A stretch of 64,000 nt of DNA from Octopus vulgaris (GCA_951406725.2 OX597834.1:28396001-28460000); one strand, 5' to 3'; counted from the first letter of the stretch, positions 49,763 through 64,000 are shown. A program made the numbers and translations. The notes: a model not told the origin generated them from the sequence alone.

Positions 49763-50570
49763 GACGGGCTTCTTTCAGTTTCCATCGACAAAATCCACTC
49801 ACAAGGCTTTGGTCGGCCCAAGGCTATAGTAGAAGACACTTGTCCAAGGTGCCACGCAGTGGGACTGAACCCGGAACCATGTGGTTTGTAAGCAAGCTAC
49901 TTACTACCACACAGTCATCTATCAAGGAGCTGATGCTGTCAGAAAAAGAGACAATTGAGAATATTGATGGGACAATGGATGTTCTATCTCCACCACTTAA
50001 ATCGACAAAAATTATTGCTAAGGAGCTGAGACTTATAAAGGAAGTTTCTGCAGGGTTTTGCTGATAATGATCCTATTCGTGGAACGTAGCATAAAAAAAT
50101 TACAAGAGGAGTTTATAGCGAGCTCAGTTCATATACTGAGCTATACAAAGAGATGATGTGTCATAAACAACTTTGCATAGGGTCTTCACCCTTGAAATTG
50201 ATGTTGGTGATAATGAACCATAAGATAGTAAATATTATCCCCTCATCCTCCTCGTTCCACCACCACCCTTCAAACAGTAGTCAACATCTTCTGTGGTAAG
50301 AATGTACTCTTACGATATCACAATCCCTATTAACTCCCTAGAGCATTCCTCTTGAAATGTTTTTTGCGCTTTTATCTATCTATATTGCATTGCGTATGTT
50401 TAGAAATTGTTATTTTCATGAATAAAGGCGATCTTGTTGCGTGTTCTCAGTTTTTCTCCACGAAAACGTCTGTAGGAACGCAATCTCACTTGATAACATG
50501 TAAAAACCAATAGAAAAATTAATTTCAAATTACGGGATTTCGCGTTATGGCCAGAATTTCAAACGAAAGA
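48544..50570 (+). mobile_element. Tigger/pogo DNA transposon remnant with two SINE insertions (B 48779-49013, A 49491-49914)
   Basis: 5' TA|CGGATACTCCAGCTTACG TIR-like start. DDE_1 peptides KKAWITKSLFKEWF, LLLLDNAPSH and VEYIPKNTTALLQSMHRGLITNFKAHY; frameshifted. 3' end approximate. Confidence 0.8.
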
Positions 50571-50846
50571 TCGCTCTGCGCGCGAGCACACACACACACA
50601 CACACATATATATATCAAGGTGGTGTCCCAGCATGGCTGCAGTCTAATAATTGAAACAGATGAATATATATATATATATATATCACAATCAAGGAACGGC
50701 CATAATAGGCCATTCACCCACTAGAAATAACAGCCAAAAGCTTTAACCGCAAAATAACATTAATACCGTAAACCAGGAGAAAATTGAAAAACTTTTACCC
50801 TGTGGCAAAGGAATTCTACAAAATTTTTTTTTGCCACCCTATATTG

Positions 50847-50901
<55 letters not shown>

Positions 50902-51385
50902 GCTACTGGATGTTTTGATTTGACCGTTTGCATTAAGTTGGCCTAACATAATAGAGGTACGCAACTAAACATTTTTTTCACGTTCTACAATTCGACCACT
51001 GCTTTGTTATTTCCTAGTTTTCTTTCCTTCCTTCTTTCCTTCTTTTCCTTCTTTCTTTCTTTCTTTCTTTCTGACTGCATAAAAAACAACTGTTCCTTCA
51101 GAGTCGATAAAATAAGTATCAGTTTGAGCACTGGGCTTGACATAATCGACTGGCCCCTTTCACGCAAAATGTAACGCCTTGTGCTTATAAAAGAAGGAAG
51201 TCCTACGAGCTGATAGAACACCGTAAAACTGGACAAAATAGTTAGCGGCATTTCGTCCCTCTTTGCGTTCTGATTTCAAATTCCGCTGAGGTCGAGTTTG
51301 CCTTTCATTATTTGGGAGTCGATAAATGAAGTACCAGTGAAACACTGAGGTCGATGTCATCGACTAGTCCCCTCCCCCCCCAAAT

Positions 51386-52158
51386 TTCAGGCCTTGTACT
51401 TTATCATCTTGTACCTTCAGGCCTTGTACTTTATCATCTTGTACCTTCAGGCATTGTACTTTATCATCTTGTACCTTCAGGCCTTGTACTTTATCATCTT
51501 GTACCTTCAGGCATTGTACTTTATCATCTTGTACCTTCAGGCATTGTACTTTATCATCTTGTACCTTCAGGCCTTGTACTTTATCATCTTGTACCTTCAG
51601 GCATTGTACTTTATCATCTTGTACCTTCAGGCCTTGTACTTTATCATCTTGTACCTTCAGGCATTGTACTTTATCATCTTGTACCTTCAGGCCTTGTACT
51701 TTATCATCTTGTACCTTCAGGCCTTGTACTTTATCATCTTGTACTTTCAGGCCTTGTACTTTATCATCTTGTACCTTCAGGCCTTGTACTTTATCATCTT
51801 GTACCTTCAGGCCTTGTACTTTATCATCTTGTACCTTCAGGCCTTGTACTTTATCATCTTGTACCTTCAGGCATTGTACTTTATCATCTTGTACCTTCAG
51901 GCATTGTACTTTATCATCTTGTACCTTCAGGCCTTGTACTTTATCATCTTGTACCTTCAGGCCTTGTACTTTATCATCTTGTACTTTCAGGCCTTGTACT
52001 TTATCATCTTATACCTTCAGGCCTTGTACTTTATCATCTTGTACCTTCAGGCCTTGTACTTTATCATCTTGTACCTTCAGGCCTTGTACTTTATCATCTT
52101 GTACCTTCAGGCCTTGTACTTTATCATCTTGTACCTTCAGGCCTTGTACTTTATCATC
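51386..52158. repeat. 30-bp minisatellite GC(C/A)TTGTACTTTATCATCTTGTACCTTCAG, 25 full units plus partials
   Basis: Direct; begins at the tail of a SINE B (51195-51400). Confidence 0.97.
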
Positions 52159-52843
52159 AGGGCAGTGAGCTGGTGGAATTGTTACCGCATCGGACAAAGA
52201 TGTCTAGCATAATTTTTGCAGACAGGTTACGTTGTGTATTTCTTCCGCTCTTTTAGTTCTGTGTTCAGATATTCCACCAAGGTTAACTTACCTTTCATCT
52301 TTTCGAGGTCGATTAAATAAGTACAAGTCAAAAACTGGAGCCGATGTTATCAACTTGTTTGTTCCTTACCCTAAAAAAAACAAAAAAAAAACTGCTGGCC
52401 TTGTGCCAGAAAATTAAAAAGAATTATCATTATTATTATTATTGTTATTATCAAAGCTTTTCATTTGGAAAGTTCCTGCAACAGATACCGATTACCCACC
52501 TCCCCCGTTCCTCTCTCCAAACTTTTTTCGCTTTTGACGAGGAACACATGTTCCTTACTTCAACCAACGATGGCCACCAGGAAACAATTTAGATGTCAAA
52601 AGCGATTCGAAACTAACTTCCACGTCGCCAAGGCACCTCCCATAACCACCACCACTACCACCGCCACCACTTCCATCCGCTTAGAGAAAGGAACAAGCTG
52701 TTTGTAGATGGTGGTGGTGGTGGCGGTGTTGGCGTCTCTACGAATATCGTTGGAAAGTTTGGTGGTAAACTTTTATGAAACTTTGTAAAGTCTTAATACT
52801 GGACTTCATTGAAAGCTGGAATAACTGGGAGAATAAACTGTAA

Positions 52844-52935
<92 letters not shown>

Positions 52936-52998
52936 GTTGATGGAAAGGCAGGGGTAAGACAGGAAGAAGATAACGATCTCAAAGCTGCACTATACCTG

Positions 52999-53050
<52 letters not shown>

Positions 53051-53823
53051 TATACACGCACACAGTAGTGACAACACGCTATCTTAAAGATAGCGTTTTT
53101 GCAAAAACACAAACACATAAAACACACATACACATACATATAGGACGGGCTTCTTTCAGTTTCCGTCTGCCAAATCCACTCACAAGGCTTTGGTCAGCTC
53201 GAGGCTATAGTAGAAACACTTGCCCAAGGTGTCACGCAGTGGGAATGAACCTAGAACCATGTGGTTGGCAAGCAAGCTACTTATCACACAGCCACTCAAA
53301 CAAAATTTTTTCAGGGGCCCTAAAAATACAACTGTGGGCCCCCAATTTATTAGTTTGCTGTATAGAACCCCCACCCCGTCAATTTTTATATGGACCCTCA
53401 GGAGCTATACGGGCTATGGCTGAGAATCACTGGTCTTAGGGAATTCAATACTCTCTATCTCGTATCTGCAAGGTTACAAAGAAAGAAAGAGAGAGAGGGG
53501 CGGGGGAGAACGAGAGAAACATCAAAAAGTCTCATGTCAAATAAGTCAGCGTCGAATCAGCAACGCTAACCAGGCGGCGCCAAAACAACAGCTGCAGCAC
53601 AACGTCTCATACTTGCGATGCGGTGTGTCCTTGAGTAAGGTACTTCATTTCACATTGCCCTCGTCGAACTAAAAATGAATACCAGTTATACGGGCATTCT
53701 ACCTGGGGATAACGTTATGGATAGGATACAAACGTCTGAAGAATACTCAACCTCTTTTTATATAATAAAACAAAGAGCAGGAAATTCAAATGAACGAGCA
53801 ACTGAATATATATATATATATAT

Positions 53824-54238
53824 AGGCGCAGGAGTGGCTGTGTAGTAAGTAGCTTGCTAACCAACCACATGGTTCCTGGTTCAGTCCCACTGCGTGGCAT
53901 CTTGGGCAAGTGACTTCTGCTATAGCCCCGGGCCGACCAATGCCTTGTGAGTGGATTTGGTAGACGGAAACTGAAAGAAGCCTGTCGTATATATGTATAT
54001 ATATATATGTGTGTGCGTGTGTGTGTGTGTTTGTGTGTCTGTGTTTGTTCCCCTAGCATTGCTTGACAACCGATGCTGGTGTGTTTACGCCCCCGTCACT
54101 TAGCGGTTCGGCAAAAGAGACCGATAGAATAAGTACTGGGCTTACAAAGAATAAGTCCCGGGGTCGATTTGCTCGACTAAAGGCGGTGCTCCAGCATGGC
54201 CGCAGTCAAATGACTGAAACAAGTAAAAGAGTAAAAGA
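53824..54238 (+). mobile_element. SINE family A, full length
   Basis: Homology to other copies. Confidence 0.9.
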
Positions 54239-54562
54239 ATATATTTTCAATAATTGACAAAGGATCCATTTGAATTTTATTAATGTACGCGCTGAGGCAG
54301 AAAAACCTCCCACATTTTATGCAGCCATTGGTATGGCACCAGAACGGTTAGGTAGATGAAAATAGTATCTTCTTGTAGCTAATGGTTTACGGTTTCTTCT
54401 CTCAGCTACCATCATGGTTCGAACTGAGGTGTATTGTAAGCGTTTCGATTAAAAGCTCATCAAGGATGGTGAATCTGGGAGGACATTTAGCCTCACTATG
54501 CAACATGTGTGCAAAAGCGCGCGCGTGTGTGTGTGGTTTTGTGTGTGTGTGTATGTATGCGT

Positions 54563-54600
<38 letters not shown>

Positions 54601-54767
54601 GTCTGAGTCATGCTGTAGAGTTTTGGCAAATATCCTACACACAAGAACTGCCCTGGTTTTTAACACGTCGGTTGTTGTATCTTCGGGGAAAAAAAGTTGT
54701 TAGTTGTTACTGTCTTGCTAGTGTGTGTGTGTTAAGTATGTGCATGTGTATGAGTATCTATATGTCC

Positions 54768-54802
<35 letters not shown>

Positions 54803-55216
54803 CATGTGCGTACGCACCTGTGTAGAACAGGTGCGTGTACAATTATACGCGTAGACAAGTGTATATACGTATGTAAGGTGTATATGTGCAGATGAAATGT
54901 CTGTGTAAATTTGTGCGTTTCCCTCGGTATTTATGTATGTATGTATGTATTACGTATGTATGTATTACGTATGTATGTATGTATGTATGTATGTACGTAC
55001 GTATGTATGTATGTATGTACGTACGTATGTATGTATGTATGTGTGTGTGCACGCATGTGTGTATATATATATATACACACACACACACTCGTACGTGTGT
55101 AAAATCTGTATTTGATATCTGTGTGCGTGAATGCACGTGTCTGTGGATGCACGTGTTAACAGGTTCATGTGTATATATACACACTAATGATGAATAGTTG
55201 CATATATATATTTATA

Positions 55217-55251
<35 letters not shown>

Positions 55252-55745
55252 CTATGCGTATATGCGTGTAGCCCGAGTGGGGGTGGGGCAACGGGTGTGT
55301 GCATTCATATATGTAAACGTATAACCTGTGCAAGTGCGTACTCAATATAACGTGTGTGTGTGTGTGTGCGCGTGTGTGTGTGTGATTGTGCGCGGAGGTG
55401 TGTGTGTGTGTATTGGAGGTAATGTATAGAAATATGTGTGTGCGCGTAACTGTAGAATGTATAAGGTGTTGTTTTTGTTACTGTTGTGTGTGTGTGTGTG
55501 TACGTATGAGTAATTCAGTGTGTGCGCTTGGGTGTGCACATGTGCAACAGGGCATCTGTATGTAATGGAGTGCGCGTTTATGTGCGAGGAAGTGTGTATA
55601 TGTGGCGGAGTGTATATCTGTATGCATGATGATGCGCGCGCGCGCGTTTGTGTTTGTGTGTGTGTGTGTGTGTTTGTGTGTTTGTTTGTGTTTGTGTGTG
55701 TTTGTGTGTGTGTGGGGGTTGTGTTTGTGTGTGTCTGTGTTTGTG

Positions 55746-55785
<40 letters not shown>

Positions 55786-56427
55786 CGTGTGTGGGTGTGT
55801 GTGTCTGTGTTTGTGTGTGTGTGTGTGTGTGAATGATAGGTAAAGCTATTTAGTTGAATCAATGCCAGATTTCCTTTCGATGTGGATTAGATGAAGTGAT
55901 ATACGCGTGCACACATACATACAAACATACATACATATATATATGATATATATATACATACATATATGTATGTATGTATGTATGAGAGAGAGAGAGAGAG
56001 AGAGAGAATGAGTGTATGGTGTTTTAGAAATCAGAAATTGTGAGGGGAGTAAAGATATAAAAAAGAGAGGAAATAAGTGAAGAGGGAAGTGAAAGACAGA
56101 TAAATGTATTAAGAAGGATAGAGGGAGAGGGAGAGAGAGGGAGAGAGAGAGAAGGGAGATGGAGAAATAGAGAGAGAGAAAAGAGATGGAGAAAGAGAGA
56201 GAGAGATAAGAGAGATGGAGAAAGAGAGAGAGAGATAAGAGAGATGGAGAAAGAGAGAGAGAGAGAGAGAAGAGAGATGGAGAAAGAGAGAGAGAGAGAG
56301 AGAGAGATGGAGAAAGAGAGAGAGAGAGATGGAGAAAGAGAGAGAGAGAGAAGAGAGATGGAGAAAGAGAGAGAGAGGAAGAGAGATGGAGAACGAGAGA
56401 GAGAGGAAGAGAGATGAAGAAAGAGAG

Positions 56428-56461
<34 letters not shown>

Positions 56462-56979
56462 AGAGAGAGAGGGTGGAGGGAGATGAGGGAAAAGAAAATG
56501 ATGAAAGAACTGATGAAACAAAAAGATACAAAAAGAAAATTAAAGGGAAGATAAAAAGGTTTAGTATTGTTTGCACTGGTTACACCCCTCCATATTAGAC
56601 CTCCACTGCATTTCAACTCAACAACGGTAAACCAATGAGGGAACTTCTTCTACCTGGTCACACAACCATACTAGTAATGAAATCTGTAGAGATAGGTGTG
56701 GCTAATACGATCAACAGAACAGCTTGTTCGTGAAATTTACGTGCAAGTGGCTGAGCACTTCACAGACACGTGTATCCTTAACGTAGTTCTCGAGGAGATT
56801 CAGAGTGACATAGAGTGTGACAAGGCTGACCCTTTGAAATACAGGTACTACTCATTTTTGCTAGCTGAGTGGACTGGAGCAACGTGGAATAAAGTGTCTT
56901 GCTCAAGGACAAAACGCGCCGCCGGGAATTGAACTCCCGACCTTACGATCATGAGCCGAATGCCCCTAACCACTAAGTA

Positions 56980-57065
<86 letters not shown>

Positions 57066-57067
<2 letters not shown>

Positions 57068-57231
57068 CAAATGTATGAAAATCATGACAAGGCCAGATGA
57101 GGGAACAATAAACAAGGTTCATTGGTTTGACGCTCAGGAAAAAGGAAAATGTCTTTGACGTTTCGGACCTTCGTTCTTCGACAGGAAGGGATGAGAGGGT
57201 AAAAAATGAAGAGAGAAAAAACCGCCAAAAC
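57066..57231 (-). mobile_element. Penelope-like/retrozyme-like short element, divergent copy 4
   Basis: Shares ACGCTCAGGAA and hammerhead-like motif 57152-57189 (CCUUC-CUGUCGA-A-GAAC(gaag)GUCC-GAAAC-GUC-AAAGA); lies between (TG)n tracts. Confidence 0.6.
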
Positions 57232-57678
57232 GTGTGTGTATGTGTGTGTGTATTTGTCTCCCAACACTGCTTGACAACCGGTGCAATCTGCTGCCTCAGT
57301 TAAAATGATATATTAGAAAGAAAAACTACAAAAATTAAGAAAACCAAAAAGAAAAAAATATCCCTTTTGTTATCTAGTTTATTATTTGTATCATAAATGG
57401 TGATTTGTACACAAACGTTGACGACCAGCTTCACCGGAGAAGACCGCCGAGTCTTTTACGGTGTGGTTTAGTAACTGCAAATAAGCGGTTGCCGCGCAGC
57501 GAGCGAGCAGGACAGTTCGACCATGTTGTTTTGCTAAGTTAGTTGGTATAGAGAGTAAAAGATGAGAAAGAGCGGAGAGACGGATGGAGAGAAAGAGAAA
57601 TGGATAGATAGATAGATAAATGCATAGATGGGTGGACATTTTATATATACATACATATGTATATATACATATATAGAT

Positions 57679-57713
<35 letters not shown>

Positions 57714-57908
57714 CATAGACATACACACACACACATATATATATATACACATAGACACACACATATATATACATACATACACAAATATATACATACATAT
57801 ACATACATATATATATATACATACATACACAAATATATACATACATATACACACACACATATATATATATATATACATACATACACAAATATATACATAC
57901 ATATACAT

Positions 57909-57967
<59 letters not shown>

Positions 57968-57986
57968 CATACACAAATATATGCAT

Positions 57987-58021
<35 letters not shown>

Positions 58022-58044
58022 CATACATACACAAATATATGCAT

Positions 58045-58075
<31 letters not shown>

Positions 58076-58621
58076 CGCATGCGTGCCTGTGTGGTAAGAA
58101 GCCTGCTTCGCAACCACATGGTTCCAGGTTCAGTCCCACTGCGTGGCATCTTGGAAAATTGTATTCTACAATAGCCTCGTGCCGACCAAACCCTTGTGAG
58201 TGGATTTGGTAGACGGGAACTGAAAGAAGCCCCTCGTATAGATGTGTGTGTGTGTGTGTATTTTTCCCGCCACCACTATCACCATCGCTTGAAAATCGAT
58301 GCTGGCGTGTTTACGTCCCCGTAACTTAGCGGTTCGGCAAAAGACACCGATAGAAATAAGTACTAGGCTTACAAAGAATAAGTCCTGGGGTTGATGATTT
58401 GTTCGACTGAAGGCGATCCTTGACCGATAAAAGAATAATATATATATAGAAACGTAGAGTAGATCCCTGAAGAAGGGTTTTTTTCTTTGTGTTAATTGTC
58501 CGTACTCTATTTTTTTGCTGTTTTAAAAAATGTCAGTTCCTTTGGTTGCTATGTTTTCGACTAAAGGCGGTGCTCCAGCATGGCCGCAGTCAAATGACTG
58601 AAACAAGTAAAAGAGTAAAGA

Positions 58622-58726
<105 letters not shown>

Positions 58727-59058
58727 AGCAGATAAAGGGAAACAAAGAGTGTGAGTGTAAGGAAGGAAGGTAAGTACGAGACCGGACGGCGAGACGGAGA
58801 AAAAGCTGTCAAGTGAATACATGTAAACAAAGAATACCAAGGTCAGTAGTCAGCCGGGGAAACAAAACAATGTAAACAGAGTTACAAGAGTGATATGAAT
58901 AATGCTGATAAATGAGTGATGAATAATGGGTGAGTGATGTAAGAATAATCAGAAACAGGTCGTAGTAGGGGACTGATGTGTGTGTGTGTGTGTGTTACTA
59001 TTTTCAGACATTGGACTGTGGCCATACTGGAGCATCGCCTTAGAAGTTATATATATAT

Positions 59059-59350
59059 ATGACCGTGACCGTACCGACCAGGCTGTCAGATGTTGCTACA
59101 CATCGCTGGTCACAATGCGCTTCGCATTGTTTTAGCCTTCAAATGACGCCACCCCGCTGGCTAAGCGAGCAGGCCAACAGAAGAAAAAGTGAGAGAATGT
59201 CGTGGTGAAAGAGTACAACAGGGATCGCCACCCACCCCTGGCGGAGCCTCGTGGAGCTTTAGGTGTTTTCGCTCAATAAACACTCACAACGCCCGGTCTG
59301 GGAATCGAAACCGCGATCCTACGACCACGAGTCCGCTGCCCTAACCACTG
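59059..59350 (-). mobile_element. SINE with family C head/body but a different tail (tail Y)
   Basis: Near-identical to family C up to ..CTCTCACT, then an unrelated tail ending GGTCGGTACGGTCACGGTC. Confidence 0.8.
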
Positions 59351-59692
59351 CCTATCTATCAGGCATAGTTCATCGACGCTGGCGTGGCTGTGTGGTTAAG
59401 AAGCTTGCTTCCCAACCACGTGTTCGTGGGCTGAGTCCCGCTGCGTAGCGCTGTCTCCAATAGCTTCTGCTATCCCACCGAACAAACCCAAAGCCTTGTG
59501 AGTGGACATCACAGACGGAAACAGAAAGAAATCAGTCGAGTGTGTGTGTGAGTCTGTCTTTGACTTTGTGTTTGTCCTCCACCAGCACTCGACAACCGCT
59601 GTTGGTTTGTTTACTTGTTTCTTTTGCCAAACTTAACGGTTTCGCAAAAGAAACAAATAACAGGAAGACCAAAAGAAAACTATCGTCCCATT

Positions 59693-59787
59693 GGGTGGCA
59701 TCTTGGGCAAGTGTCTTCTGCTATAGCCCCGGGCCGACCAAAGCCTTGTGAGTGGATTTGGTAGACGGAAACTGAAAGAAGCCTGTC

Positions 59788-59841
<54 letters not shown>

Positions 59842-60064
59842 TTGTGTGTCTGTGTTTGTCCCCCTAGCATTGCTTGACAACAGATGCTGGTGTGTTTACG
59901 TATCCGTCACTTAGCGGTTCGGCAAAAGAGACCGATAGAATAAGTACTGGGCTTACAAAGAATAAGTCCCGGGATCGATTTGCTCGACTAAAAAAAGGCG
60001 GTGCTCCAGCATGGCCGCAGTCGAGTGGCTGAAACAAGTAAAAAGAGTAAAAGAGAAAAGAGTA
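59693..60064 (+). mobile_element. SINE family A (5'-truncated)
   Basis: Homology to other copies. Confidence 0.85.
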
Positions 60065-60434
60065 ATATACATTAAGAAAAAATATAAATGGGGCGAAGCT
60101 CAAGGGAGGTAACTCTAAAATAGAAACGAGCGAGAAGACGCCATAGATTTTGACAGCGATAACAATGGTGTGATTTAACGGGTGATGAAATTGTGTTGAC
60201 TATTGCTGTTGTTGCTTTCGCTGGTGATGTCCTTGTGGCGGCAACTGCTGCTACTGCTGCAGTTGTTGTTTACCTACATATTGGAGCTGATCGAGCAAAG
60301 CTGTGAAGTATAAAGGACATTGAAGTCGAAAGTGTTTATATGTGTATGCTTATTACATAGTGTTGGCTAATCTCTGTGTGTGTGTGTATGTGCGTACATA
60401 GATGCATACACCTGTATGTAAATATATAAGTGTT

Positions 60435-60475
<41 letters not shown>

Positions 60476-60520
60476 ATGTGTATATAGATGCATACACCTG
60501 TGTGTAAATATGTAAGTGTA

Positions 60521-60561
<41 letters not shown>

Positions 60562-60999
60562 ATGTGTATATAGATACATACACCTGTGTGTAAATATATA
60601 AGTGTATGTGTGTGTGTATATATATATATGTACATATATCTATTTATATATATATTTATATATATATATAAATATATATATAATATATATATTTATATAT
60701 ATATATGTATATATATATATTTATATATATATCAATATATATATAATATATATATTTATATATCCATGTGTGTAAATATACATCAAAATATATATACACA
60801 TACACATATAGGGATATACAAGCACACATGCACATACGCACACATATGTATATATACGCATACATATGTATAAGCATACGTCTTTTATCCTTAACATATA
60901 TATAAAGATACATATATATACATATACACACACATTATATATTTCTGTTCAGCAATTAGGAGTAAACACCGCCAATGCACCAGTAATGTATCAATCTGT

Positions 61000-61398
61000 G
61001 TGGAGGCGCAATGGTCCAGTGGTTAGGGCAGCGGACTCGCGGTCATAGGATCGCGGTTTCGATTCCCAGACCGGGCGTTGTGAGTGTTTATTGAGCGAAA
61101 ACACCTAAAAGCTCCACGAGGCTCCGGCAGGGGGTGGTGGCGACCCCTGTTGTACTCTTTCACCACAACTTTCTCTCACTCTTACTTCCTGTTTCTGTTG
61201 TACCTGTATTTCAAAGGGCCGGCCTTGTCACTCTCTGTGTCACGCTGAATATCCCCGAGAACTACGTTAAGAACTACGTTAAGGGTGCACGTGTCTGTGG
61301 AGTGCTCAGCCACTTACACGTTAATTTCACGAGCAGGCTGTTCCGTTGATTCGGATCAACCGGAACCCTCGTCGTCGTAACCGACGGAGTGCTTCCTA
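61000..61398 (+). mobile_element. SINE family C, full length
   Basis: TSD TATCAATCTGT (60989-60999, 61399-61409); internal duplication of GAACTACGTTAA. Confidence 0.95.
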
Positions 61399-61541
61399 TA
61401 TCAATCTGTCTCTCCGACTGATATAAACCTGTACGAAAAAGTGAGTTTACTTATAATAAGCATTGACTGGGTGAGCTGCAGAAGAAGATACTCGGTCGTT
61501 GGCTCAAAACTCAAGGCGCTGATCTCAAGTATTCTATTCAA

Positions 61542-61601
<60 letters not shown>

Positions 61602-61659
61602 ATATATATATAGTATATATATATATTGTATATATGTATGTATAAAAAGGACAAAATGC

Positions 61660-61797
61660 ATAGCTTGCTTACGAACCACATGGTTCCGGGTTCAGTCCCA
61701 CTCTATGGCAACTTGGGCAAGTGACTTCTACTATAGCCTCGGGCCGACCAAAGCCTTGTGAGTGGATTAGGTAGACGGAAACTGGAAGAAGCCCGCC

Positions 61798-61866
<69 letters not shown>

Positions 61867-62065
61867 TTGCGTCTGTGTTTTTCCCCCCAACATTGCTTGA
61901 CAACCAATGCTGGTGTCTTTACGTCCCCGTAACTTAGCGGTTTGGCAAAAGACACCAATAGAATATGTACTACGCTTCCAAAGAATAAGTCGATTTGCTC
62001 GACTAAAGGCGGTGCTCCAGCATGGCCACAGTCAAATGACTGAAACAAGTAGAAGAGCAAAAGAG
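61660..62065 (+). mobile_element. SINE family A
   Basis: Homology to other copies. Confidence 0.85.
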
Positions 62066-62550
62066 GCAAATATTTTATTGTGCTTCGTATTGTAGCAAAT
62101 CTAAACAGGATTCTATCTGACAAGAATATATGAGATGTAATTCTCTCTCTCACACACACACAGTGTGTGTTCCAAGTTCTTTTACAAAGCTATGTAAAAG
62201 TAGAGGACCTTCTTTTACAAGGCTATGTAAAAGTGTTTGGATCTGAGACGATAATATGTTGAATAAAATTGTAATATATCAGACATTCCTGTATTTTCTC
62301 TTACCCCAATCCAGAAACTTTTCAGCGCCCTCTCGTGTGCGTGTGTGCGTGTGTGTGTGTGTGTGTCCGTGCGTGCGTGTGCGCGCGCATCTATACAAAT
62401 TACATTAAAAAAATCTATATATAAAGATTCTTGTGTACAGACACTTAACATATATTTATATACATAAATATTTTTATGTATATGAATATATATATATATA
62501 TATATAAGTATTATACTTATATATGTGTATATATATAAGTATTAAACTTA

Positions 62551-62607
<57 letters not shown>

Positions 62608-62807
62608 GTATGTATTTACATATACACAAATATATTTATACTGTCACTTACACAATAAACTTTTATCATACATTCCTATCCGCACAGATATCTTTACATA
62701 AAACAACCAAACCCAAACACGAACTTAAGCTGCATTTTTTCTATTAGCCATGCCCTGTTTATCAAATGGAATTGTATACTCAACGATGACAGATTCAGAA
62801 CTACCAA

Positions 62808-62852
<45 letters not shown>

Positions 62853-63104
62853 CACAATAATAGTGCATATATTTGCATTTTATATATATATAATGTACTT
62901 AGATTTCGGCAAGTCCTGTCCCAGACCGTGACAAACTTAATTTAACAATCAGGTGATACTGTGTCTGTGTGTTTATATACACATTGTCATGGATTAAACG
63001 ATTTCACAAGATCCAACGAGCCGTAGCATAATGATGCGCTCCAATGTCTGTTTTGACGTGGTTTCTATGGTTGAATGCCTTTCCAGACACCTGCTTCGCG
63101 CGCA

Positions 63105-63159
<55 letters not shown>

Positions 63160-63309
63160 GGTTTCTACACAGTCTCCGTCTATCGAATCCGCTCACAAGA
63201 CATTCGTTGGCCTGGGGATATCATAGAAGACACTAGCCCAATGTGACCCGTCGTATGACTGAACCCGAAAGCAAGTTGCTTAACCGCACAGCCGCCGTGG
63301 CGCCTTTCT

Positions 63310-63516
63310 CTCTTTGCTCTTTCACTTGTTTCAGTCATTTGACTGTGACCATGCTGGAGCACCGCCTTTAGTCGAGCACATCGACCCCAGGACTTATTCT
63401 TCGTAAGACTAGTACTTATTCTATCGGTCTCTTTTGCCGAATCGCTAAGTTACGGGGACGTAAACACACCAGCATCGTTTGTCAAGCGATGTGGGGGGAC
63501 AAACACACACACACAC

Positions 63517-63562
<46 letters not shown>

Positions 63563-63726
63563 GACGGGCTTCTTTCAGTTTCCGTCTACCAAATCCACTC
63601 ACAAGGCTTTGGTCGGCCCGAGGCTATAGTAAAAGACACTTGCCCAAGGTGCCACGCAGTGAGACTGAACCCGGAACTATGTGGCTGGTAAGCAAGCTAC
63701 TTACCACACAGCCACTCCTACGCCTA
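63310..63726 (-). mobile_element. SINE family A
   Basis: Homology to other copies. Confidence 0.9.
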
Positions 63727-64000
63727 TTCTATGGAATTTAAAATTCAAAGATTCGCCTGTTTCTTCTGCACAGAGGTGTCACGAAAGGTACTTAAACTAC
63801 ATGTAAATTCCACCCTGGTACCGAGAGATATTCGCGCCCCACGCCCCCCCCCCTCACTCCTTGACGTAGAGGCACTCTTCTATGTGTACTGAGTGTTTGA
63901 TCTCTTGACCTACTTGTTTATAAGGTGACGGGGTGGCAGAGGTGCTGGGTGGTGGAGGTTGTTATGGTAGAATCGCAAGTCAAACAGGTTTGGTTTCACA

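Noticed and set aside
51386-52158. CRISPR-like array
   Set aside because: Repeats are contiguous with no unique spacers; eukaryotic context; no cas genes.
51354-52256. 300-aa and 272-aa ORFs
   Set aside because: Pure translation of a stop-free 30-bp minisatellite between SINE fragments; no splice or domain evidence.
58465-58505. CTGAAGAAGGG..CCCG hammerhead start
   Set aside because: No downstream GAAA, stem III or cleavage site.

Overview
Eukaryotic, gene-poor and extremely repeat-rich DNA. From my recognition of the SINE families and the microsatellite load it is most likely intronic or intergenic sequence from an Octopus (cephalopod) genome; this was not database-checked. No intact protein-coding gene is visible, and almost all listed ORFs are translations of microsatellites or SINEs. 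The window holds dozens of tRNA-headed SINEs in several modular families. It also holds 3' LINE fragments (RTE-BovB-like, SR2-like RTE, CR1/Zenon-like), decayed DNA transposons (Merlin/ISXO2-like, Tc1, Tigger/pogo, hAT-, piggyBac- and mariner-type MITEs), two non-autonomous Helitrons plus Helentron/HINE-like ends, an intron-containing tRNA-Leu pseudogene, minisatellites and long microsatellites. One 48-nt minus-strand micro-exon candidate suggests a large host intron. The most notable signals are: (i) a family of ~170-200 bp microsatellite-embedded elements carrying a minimal type I hammerhead ribozyme fold with a consistent non-canonical core (CUGUNGA), plus two other hammerhead candidates, pointing to Penelope-like or retrozyme-like non-autonomous elements; (ii) a pre-tRNA-Leu/SINE chimera with a deleted anticodon loop; (iii) a SINE that repeatedly inserts into a fixed site of its own family. 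Coordinates were counted by hand and element ends may be off by a few bases.
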